Positions 54,422-60,556 of a stretch of DNA of 60,556 nt are shown here, in pieces. The stretch comes from Candidatus Moranbacteria bacterium RIFOXYB1_FULL_43_19 (lineage in GTDB: Bacteria; Patescibacteriota; Minisyncoccia; Moranbacterales; UBA11712). Under the pieces are notes generated by a model that did not search any database, was not told the origin of the DNA, and saw only the letters and a list, made by a program, of their open reading frames with translations. The stretch spans positions 1-60,556 of the forward strand of contig MFSH01000006.1 of NCBI GenBank assembly GCA_001784875.1. The letters run 5' to 3'. Within the stretch, counting starts at the first letter, position 1, and each line of letters opens with the position of its first letter. A program made the translations under genes and the position numbers.

Positions 54422-54467
54422 AGCTTTTGGCGCTTTTCAAGAATGGCAAAAGAAAAAATATCCCGGT

Positions 54468-55283
54468 TTATTCTCCCCTGATCCTGTCGTTGCTCTCAAG
54501 AACCGCTTTCACAAATTTTGGATCATATCCCGCTTTTTCACTGGCTTTGGCGATGGCATTCACGTCTTTTGGAAGGCATTTTCCCTCAAAACCGCGTTTG
54601 TCTGGAAAAACAGCCGTAAACATTCTTCCTACCCGCTCATCGAGAAGCCAAAGCTCGCGAAGTTCCTTGTACTCAATTCCCATCGTCTCGGCAATGTTAT
54701 AAAATTCATTGCAAAAAGTCACTTTCGTGGCGATGAAAGCATTTTCCATGTATTTCACCAGCTCGGCCGTTTTTGAACTGGTGAGATGGAATCTGGCTTC
54801 CGGCCCCATCACCCGCACAAAAAAATCCATTATTTTGGAAGCCGTCTCCCTGTCACCGCCTATTATTTGAAAACTGTGCTTTTTCATGTCCTTTGGATCG
54901 GGATATTTCCAGTAAGGAACGAAATAGCCCCCTTCTCCCATATACTCGGGAGAAAAGCATATTTTCTTGCCGGTCTCCTTTTCCAGGCTCTCTGTCGTCC
55001 CGGGCGGAATAGTGCTTTTGATGAGAATCAGAGGGGTATCCAGCCAACCCAGGGTTTCTCTTATGATTGCTAGGTCGCATGACCCGTCGTCGCCCATCGG
55101 GGTCGGAACCGAGACCACGGCAAAATCACACTTATTCACTTCTTCCTTGCTGGCTGATCCTTCCACGTTCGGATCGAAATAAATGGTTTCGAATTTGCCT
55201 TCGAAGAAGTTATACACTCCTTTTCCTACATAGCCATAGCCAACTATGGCAATTTTTTTGGGGGTCTTCTTTGCTTCTGTCAT
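54468..55283 (-). CDS. Short UDP-glucose/GDP-mannose dehydrogenase family protein
   Basis: GYGYVG, VPTP, KSTIPPGTT, SPEY, AELVKYMENAFIATKV, GFEGKCLPKD; 271 aa, C-terminal domain absent. Confidence 0.88.
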   Translation of the reverse strand: MTEAKKTPKKIAIVGYGYVGKGVYNFFEGKFETIYFDPNVEGSASKEEVNKCDFAVVSVPTPMGDDGSCDLAIIRETLGWLDTPLILIKSTIPPGTTESLEKETGKKICFSPEYMGEGGYFVPYWKYPDPKDMKKHSFQIIGGDRETASKIMDFFVRVMGPEARFHLTSSKTAELVKYMENAFIATKVTFCNEFYNIAETMGIEYKELRELWLLDERVGRMFTAVFPDKRGFEGKCLPKDVNAIAKASEKAGYDPKFVKAVLESNDRIRGE

Positions 55284-55351
55284 AAGATAAGTTTAAATAA
55301 TAATTACGCTGATTAAGGCATTTTACATAATGCCATGGGACAAAAATATTT

Positions 55352-55819
55352 TCAATTCTTATGGATAATCGTTTCGTCCTCCAAAATCGGCTCTTTGGCA
55401 AAAACAAATTTTTTTCTCATGAAAAAATTCCATTGGAGAACTAGCACGATTGATACCATTTTGGCAAACATTATATAAATATTGAGCTTATCCACTAAAA
55501 TCCAAAGGATGATTTCCGTCCAAATGAGCCCTCCGATGCCGATAATCGCAAAAATAGGAAATTCTTTTTTTACTTCACCGCTGCTTTTGAAAACAAGGAT
55601 CGTATTGAGAGAATAATTGACAATTATGCCAGTCAAAAACGCGCCAGCGGCAGCAACAAGATAATTGATGTGGAAAATGTGCGTCAAAAAAAACAAAATG
55701 CTGATATCCGTCACCGTCGCCACCCCACCGCACATAAGGTAGCGAAAATATTGCAAAAGCCCTTTGTTCACTTTCCGGCCCAGCACTTTTTCAACAAATT
55801 TATCTATTTTTTGTTTCAT
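55352..55819 (-). CDS. GtrA family flippase-like protein
   Basis: FRYLMCGGVAT..D, VNYSLN..LVF, AKMVSI...WNFFMRKKFVF. Confidence 0.9.
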   Translation of the reverse strand: MKQKIDKFVEKVLGRKVNKGLLQYFRYLMCGGVATVTDISILFFLTHIFHINYLVAAAGAFLTGIIVNYSLNTILVFKSSGEVKKEFPIFAIIGIGGLIWTEIILWILVDKLNIYIMFAKMVSIVLVLQWNFFMRKKFVFAKEPILEDETIIHKN

Positions 55820-55831
55820 TGGATAGCTTTC

Positions 55832-57667
55832 TTATTGGCCCAAATCCTGGGGCGGATTGATAATTTTCACGAAATCGTTGGGATTATGATTGATCAAAAC
55901 TTCGTATACAAAATCTTTGCTCGCATAAAGTTTTTCAAAATTGATTTCTTTTTTCATATGCTTTGTTCTTTTCAGGCTGCGGGATTTCCGGTCAGTAGAC
56001 AAAACAAAAAAATCAAATTTGTCTTCTTTGAATTTTTCCCTTTTGAAATCAGTGGCGCACTTGCCCACGAAGGCTTCGCATACTGCGCCTTTGTCCGACC
56101 AGATGACCAGTTCTCTGGCATTGGGCAAATTATTCAAATAACTCGCGGCTTCGTAGCTCCCTTCTCCCATGCCTTTGAGATTGACGATGAAATTTTTAGG
56201 AAGAATCTCCGAAGCATAGGCTAAAAAATGGGGCTTTACGATAAACAGGCTGGCCAACAGAACCATCGCTGAAGCGACATAAACCGTGAGAAGAGGCACA
56301 TTCTTTTTGACTTTTTTGATTTCCAGAAATTGGGACGCGCCAATAGCCGCCACGACAAAAATCAGGGGATAAACCATTATCTGGTATCTGACGGTGGTGA
56401 TGACCTTGTTCACGGCCGCCCCGAGATAAAAAATGAAAATAAACAGAATTATATAAACGGCGATAATCGAATCCCGCTTCAACTCTTTTTTTCGGAAAAA
56501 ATTTGCCGCGGCGAACAACAAAAAAACGAGAACGAGCGGCGAAATGCTGAACATAAGGCTGTAGACGTCGGCTGACAAAGCACCCGTATATTTCTGAATC
56601 ACGTTCCCCTCTCCGATTCCCTTCGGCGAAGCAATAATCTTTTGGAGGTCAAAAAAAGAAAGCTGCGCGTATACCTGCAAAAAAACAAACGCGGCCAGAA
56701 GCAAAAAAAATCCCGCCGCAGCTTTGGCAATAACGATTTTATGTTTTGCCAAAAAACTGAAGACTACATTCGAAAACCTGGCCTCGAAAACCAGGATGTC
56801 GACAGCCAAGAGGCCAATGACGCCGGCAAAAAGAGGCCAGGTGGATGAGAAAACCTTGTTTCCGACTGTCGCTCCGATAAGAAGAGAAAGATTCACCCAT
56901 GTCGCCGGAAAAAAGACAAAAGCCGTCGCCATTGCGGTCAAAAAAAGAATGGCATAGTCCCGAAGAGCCTGTTTCATATATTTTGCGATAGGAACACGCT
57001 CGTGCGCGTAAAATATATATTCCAGGAGATATATCAGGAAGAAATAAACAAAGAGAATATTGGCGACATATTTGGTGATCACGGACAGCCCGAGCAAAAA
57101 CCCCGAGAGAAGAAGAAATTTTCTCTCTCCCGCCTTGAGATACGCAAAAAGGCTAAGAGTGGACAGTCCTCCCAAAATCCAAAGCATCGCGTCCGAATTG
57201 ATAATCAGGGAGATGCCCAAAAGCACCGGCGACAGGCCGATGAATAAAAGGGAAAATCTGGCGGTATTTTTCCCCAGCAGTTTTTTGATGAGAAAATAAA
57301 AAACGGGAAGAATCGCCAAAGTGAACAGAAAAACCGGCAGGCGCAAGAAAAAATAAACATCTTGAATCTTCTGGAGCTCTTCGGCTGTTTTCGGCTCAAA
57401 GCGCAGATATTTGTAGTTTTTCGGATGCTCCCCGATGAAGGGCAAGCCGATCCCGGAAACAATCGCCAGCGGTATGCCCGGCTTGTCGCTTATGTTGGTC
57501 GCTCCCCAGTCCTTTTCTTTCACGTTTTTCCAGAGTTTGGGCACCCTTCCATACGCCCAGAGCGGCTCATCCACACCGGAAAAATTTTCGAGGCGCGAAA
57601 ACCCGAAAAAAAAACTTGAAGAAACAACAACAAAAAAAATCAAAATTGTGATTATTCTTTCTCTCAT
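55832..57667 (-). CDS. GT39/ArnT-like membrane glycosyltransferase
   Basis: GVDEPLW, SDKPG, RLPV, INSDA, LSVITKY, RYQI; more than 11 TM. Confidence 0.8.
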   Translation of the reverse strand: MRERIITILIFFVVVSSSFFFGFSRLENFSGVDEPLWAYGRVPKLWKNVKEKDWGATNISDKPGIPLAIVSGIGLPFIGEHPKNYKYLRFEPKTAEELQKIQDVYFFLRLPVFLFTLAILPVFYFLIKKLLGKNTARFSLLFIGLSPVLLGISLIINSDAMLWILGGLSTLSLFAYLKAGERKFLLLSGFLLGLSVITKYVANILFVYFFLIYLLEYIFYAHERVPIAKYMKQALRDYAILFLTAMATAFVFFPATWVNLSLLIGATVGNKVFSSTWPLFAGVIGLLAVDILVFEARFSNVVFSFLAKHKIVIAKAAAGFFLLLAAFVFLQVYAQLSFFDLQKIIASPKGIGEGNVIQKYTGALSADVYSLMFSISPLVLVFLLFAAANFFRKKELKRDSIIAVYIILFIFIFYLGAAVNKVITTVRYQIMVYPLIFVVAAIGASQFLEIKKVKKNVPLLTVYVASAMVLLASLFIVKPHFLAYASEILPKNFIVNLKGMGEGSYEAASYLNNLPNARELVIWSDKGAVCEAFVGKCATDFKREKFKEDKFDFFVLSTDRKSRSLKRTKHMKKEINFEKLYASKDFVYEVLINHNPNDFVKIINPPQDLGQ

Positions 57668-57795
57668 CCCGGTAGTAGAATTTCGGCATTTATACCTAAA
57701 TGTCGCAAAATTTTATCAGTTTTAAGACTAAAAATATCACTTATAGACCCCGGCAGTTTTTTCCGCGCAAACTCATCCGAAATTTTACTACCGGG
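57668..57795. mobile_element. 128-bp MITE-like element inserted at a start codon
   Basis: Termini CCCGGTAGTAGAATTTCGG / CCGAAATTTTACTACCGGG (18/19); 4-bp direct repeat TCAT (minus-strand ATGA) on both sides. Confidence 0.85.
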
Positions 57796-57801
57796 TCATG
57801 T

Positions 57802-58821
57802 TCAGTTTTCCACAATCTCTTTTATCTTATAGTTCATTCTTCCCTTCATCTTATAGTAGTTTTTCACGGAAATGTCAGCCAGGAGCCCAAAAACGAAAAG
57901 CTGAATGCCCATCAAAATCATGAAGAGCGCGATAAGAGGCCAAATTTTGTCCGATAGCGGGACAGCATAGAAAATTCGGGCGACAATAAGGACCGAACTG
58001 ATAATCGCCCCGAGAGTAAAAATAATCAGTCCCCCGGCTCCGAACAGATGCAGAGGCCGATTGGCATATTTTTTCCAGAACCAAACCGAAATCATGTCAA
58101 CAAAGCCTTTCAGTCCCCGCTTCCAATTATATTTTGTCGCGCCGTGCTTGCGCGGGTGATGCGATACGACAACTTCGCTGATTTTGAATCCCTGGATCTT
58201 GAGAAGCGCCGGAATGAAACGGTGCATTTCGCCGAAAAGGTCAACATCCTCAAAGCATTCCCGCCGGTAGGCTTTCAAGCTGCATCCGCTGTCATGAATC
58301 CCGTCATTGATCAGAATCTTCCTCAAGGCATTCGCCATGCGCGAATTGAAGTGTTTGAGAAACGGGTCTTTCCTGTTTTTTCTCCAGCCGGAAACAACAT
58401 CGTAGCCTTCGTTTATTTTTTCAAGCAGCAGAGGGATGTCAGCCGGATCATTTTGAAGATCGCCGTCCATGGTCACGATGATTTCCCCTTTCGAATTTTT
58501 TATTCCCGCGTCCATTGCCGCAGTCTGCCCGAACCATTTGCGCTGGACAATCAGCTTCAGCGGACTCAAGGCCATGGCGATCTCTTTTGTCCTGTCTGTG
58601 CTTCCGTCATCGACAAAAACAACCTCAAAAGGCTTGCCAAGCGCCCGGCAGGCTTCGACAATTTTTTTGTGGAGTTCTCCGACATTCCCCTCTTCATTGT
58701 AGAGAGGAACGACGACCGACAGGAAAGGTTTTTTATCCCCACGCCAATTTTTTCGCCTGAATTGTTCTTCACTTTCTTTCTTCGCTGAATCTTGGTATGG
58801 GGATGAGCTGGCATTTTCCAT
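57802..58821 (-). CDS. GT2 undecaprenyl-phosphate glycosyltransferase (ArnC/GtrB-like)
   Basis: LSVVVPLYNEE, DDGSTD, FGQTAA, MDGDLQNDP, SGWRKNRKD, DSGCSLKAYR, two C-terminal TMs. Confidence 0.92.
   Translation of the reverse strand: MENASSSPYQDSAKKESEEQFRRKNWRGDKKPFLSVVVPLYNEEGNVGELHKKIVEACRALGKPFEVVFVDDGSTDRTKEIAMALSPLKLIVQRKWFGQTAAMDAGIKNSKGEIIVTMDGDLQNDPADIPLLLEKINEGYDVVSGWRKNRKDPFLKHFNSRMANALRKILINDGIHDSGCSLKAYRRECFEDVDLFGEMHRFIPALLKIQGFKISEVVVSHHPRKHGATKYNWKRGLKGFVDMISVWFWKKYANRPLHLFGAGGLIIFTLGAIISSVLIVARIFYAVPLSDKIWPLIALFMILMGIQLFVFGLLADISVKNYYKMKGRMNYKIKEIVEN
58735..58804. mobile_element. 70-bp inverted-repeat element in frame at the GT2 N-terminus
   Basis: ATCCCCACGCCAA / TTGGTATGGGGAT (11/13), same terminal family as 123-235. 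Confidence 0.6.
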
Positions 58822-58890
58822 GTATTTATGTTAACTTAAAATAGTATTTAAGGCAATGAAATCTGCTTTGTTTGTTGAATTTGGCCCCTT

Positions 58891-60468
58891 ATGAACTCTA
58901 AATTGAAATTATCCCACACAAAATTTCATCTGTCAATCATAGTCGTCTTGTCCCTTGCTGCCAGCTTCGCCACTTGTTATTTCGCTACCCCGAGTGTTTT
59001 TGGCGGACGCGACCAGGGCGCCATTGCCACCGCCGCAATTGATCTTGCGGAATATAAGTCTTTCACTTTCTCAACGCCCGTATCGCGCGACTTGTTCCAG
59101 AAATACGGAGCCGGAAAAGCGCTCAATTATCCGGGATTTGACTATACGAAAGACGGCCAGCTGACAAGCCGCTTTCCCAAGGCTTATATCGCCTATCTGG
59201 CGATTGGCTACAAATTTTTTGGGCTGAAAGGCCTTCAGTATGCCAATCTCCTCCCCCTCTTTCTCTTTCTCTTTCTCTTCTGGCTTACTCTCCGCTATTT
59301 TTTCTCCGAAAAAATTTCTTTTCTCGGGTTTCTGGTTGCCGCGACTTTTTTTCCGTTTCTCTGGTTCGCAAAATACACTCTTACGGAAATTTTCATGCTT
59401 TTTCTGGTCTGGGCGGGAATTTATTTTCTGACTTCTTATCGTAGAGGTTTAATCTCTACGAAAGCAATATATTTTTCGCTGACCTTTTTCGCCTTTTCCG
59501 CTCTCGCCCGGATTGAGGGAATTATTTTCTTTCTGCTGGCCGCCGGCTATGCCTACGCCCTCGACAGGAAAAAAATTGTCGCGCTGCCGAAAAATTTCAA
59601 AAAATATGCCTTGGTTTTCTCTTTGCTGCTGATAATAGCTTGCGCGTATTTCAATTTTCCGACTCTTCTCGACAGCCTGAAAAATTTCGCCAAAACATTT
59701 CTTCCGAATTCGACAAAAGATTCCGCTCCTTCGGCAAATTTATACTCTCACCTGGCCAGAGTTTTCTTCAGCTATAATATTGTTCTCTATCTCATTTTTG
59801 GGCTAACCGGAATATTTTGGCTCTTCAAAAATACCAAAAAAAATTGGCCAAGACTTGAATATATTCCTCTGCTGATAACTTTTCCTGCTTTTTTCTATCT
59901 CCTGAGCCCCCAAATTTCACTCGATGATCCCTGGCTTCTGCGCCGCTTTGTTTTTGCGGTTTTCCCTGTTTTGATTTTCTATTCTATTTATCTTCTTGAT
60001 CGCTTTTTTTACCATAAAATATTTTTGCATATAATACTTGTTGCCCTGATTCTTGGAAATTTTGTTATCAGCTGGCGATTCCTCCCGGTTTCGGAAAACA
60101 AAGGCCTCCTTCCTCAAATTGAAAAAATATCCCAAAAATTCGGACCTGAAGACCTCGTTCTGGTTGATCGAATGGCAACCGGCAGCGGGTTTTCGCTTAT
60201 GAGCGAGCCGATGGCTTCCCTTTTTGGAAAAAACGCTGTTTATTTTTTCAACGCGGATGACTTGAAGCTTATCGACCGCGCGAAATACAAAAATATATAT
60301 TTGGCCGTCCCCGCAGAAGACGGCAAAAAATGGTATACCGGCGTTGAAAAGCTTCCCGCCGGATTTTCGGTGATCACCAACAATTTTCTTGAACCGTCAG
60401 AAAAAAAATGGGGCCTCGCCATCAACACGGAATTTGAGGGAGCAATCATATTTTGGAAAGTGAAATGA
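58891..60468 (+). CDS. Multi-pass membrane protein, GT-C-like
   Basis: GGRDQG, YPGF, SRFP, KYTLTE, ARIEG, PWLLRRF; about 11 TM. Confidence 0.72.
   Translation: MNSKLKLSHTKFHLSIIVVLSLAASFATCYFATPSVFGGRDQGAIATAAIDLAEYKSFTFSTPVSRDLFQKYGAGKALNYPGFDYTKDGQLTSRFPKAYIAYLAIGYKFFGLKGLQYANLLPLFLFLFLFWLTLRYFFSEKISFLGFLVAATFFPFLWFAKYTLTEIFMLFLVWAGIYFLTSYRRGLISTKAIYFSLTFFAFSALARIEGIIFFLLAAGYAYALDRKKIVALPKNFKKYALVFSLLLIIACAYFNFPTLLDSLKNFAKTFLPNSTKDSAPSANLYSHLARVFFSYNIVLYLIFGLTGIFWLFKNTKKNWPRLEYIPLLITFPAFFYLLSPQISLDDPWLLRRFVFAVFPVLIFYSIYLLDRFFYHKIFLHIILVALILGNFVISWRFLPVSENKGLLPQIEKISQKFGPEDLVLVDRMATGSGFSLMSEPMASLFGKNAVYFFNADDLKLIDRAKYKNIYLAVPAEDGKKWYTGVEKLPAGFSVITNNFLEPSEKKWGLAINTEFEGAIIFWKVK
59439..59461. 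repeat. REP-like GTAG palindrome in frame
   Basis: TCGTAGAG-GTTTAAT-CTCTACGA; encodes YRRGLIST. Confidence 0.5.
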
Positions 60469-60470
60469 AT

Positions 60471-60497
60471 TACCCAGCCGCAGCAAGCTGCGGGGTA
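60471..60497. repeat. Intergenic palindromic element between convergent genes
   Basis: TACCC-AG-CCGCAGC-AA-GCTGCGG-GGTA. Confidence 0.6.
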
Positions 60498-60502
60498 TCC
60501 TG

Positions 60503-60556
60503 TTAAAATTTAAACAGCCTGAGTTGATTTGATTGAACTTTTTCCTGATGGTCGCC
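60503..60556 (-). CDS. 3' end of a gene running off the window edge (…GDHQEKVQSNQLRLFKF*)
   Basis: Open minus-strand frame from the window edge to TAA at 60505-60503; too short to identify. Confidence 0.35.
   Translation of the reverse strand, partial: GDHQEKVQSNQLRLFKF

Noticed and set aside
57824-57857. Repeated ATCTTATAGT at the GT2 3' end
   Set aside because: Only two 10-mers encoding an ordinary NYYK/NYKI C-terminus; compatible with chance.
1-60556. tRNA, rRNA, prophage, integrase or transposase genes
   Set aside because: No tRNA cloverleaf or T-loop in a proper context, no rRNA-like sequence, and no phage structural, integrase or transposase motifs were recognised in any ORF.

Overview
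This is a 60.6-kb chromosomal segment from a small-genome bacterium. Gene content and style suggest Patescibacteria/Parcubacteria, Moranbacteria-like; that placement is an inference. Housekeeping genes: groES, fmt, def, priA, folD, rplI, pyrG, rpmA, iscS, iscU/nifU, gltX and thpR, plus a complete AmmeMemoRadiSam trio. Two large surface-glycan regions (about 9-28 kb and 44-60.5 kb) encode GT2, GT4 and GT-C-type glycosyltransferases, a flippase, an O-antigen ligase-like protein, LCP, WecB/TagA, GtrA and a short nucleotide-sugar dehydrogenase. A small defence island encodes an EcoRI-family methyltransferase, RhuM and a frameshifted DUF262-HNH nuclease. I found no rRNA, tRNA, CRISPR array or transposase. 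Most notable observations: (1) two non-autonomous inverted-repeat elements with CCCGGTAGT termini, each sitting exactly at a start codon with the ATG(N) duplicated; (2) many palindromic or MITE-like elements and 7-bp repeat arrays, several read in frame inside proteins, including an identical 27-bp sequence encoding NYLEAELPS in two unrelated genes; (3) a divergent RtcB-like protein and a dTMP-kinase-like protein inside a glycan locus, possibly repurposed phosphodiester-forming chemistry; (4) an RpoD-like sigma factor with a proteobacterial-type insert and a C-terminal extension of about 340 aa carrying extra HTH-like segments; (5) strong Shine-Dalgarno sites confined to orphan genes, while the housekeeping genes checked have none. 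All functional calls come from motif recognition by eye; no database searches were run.
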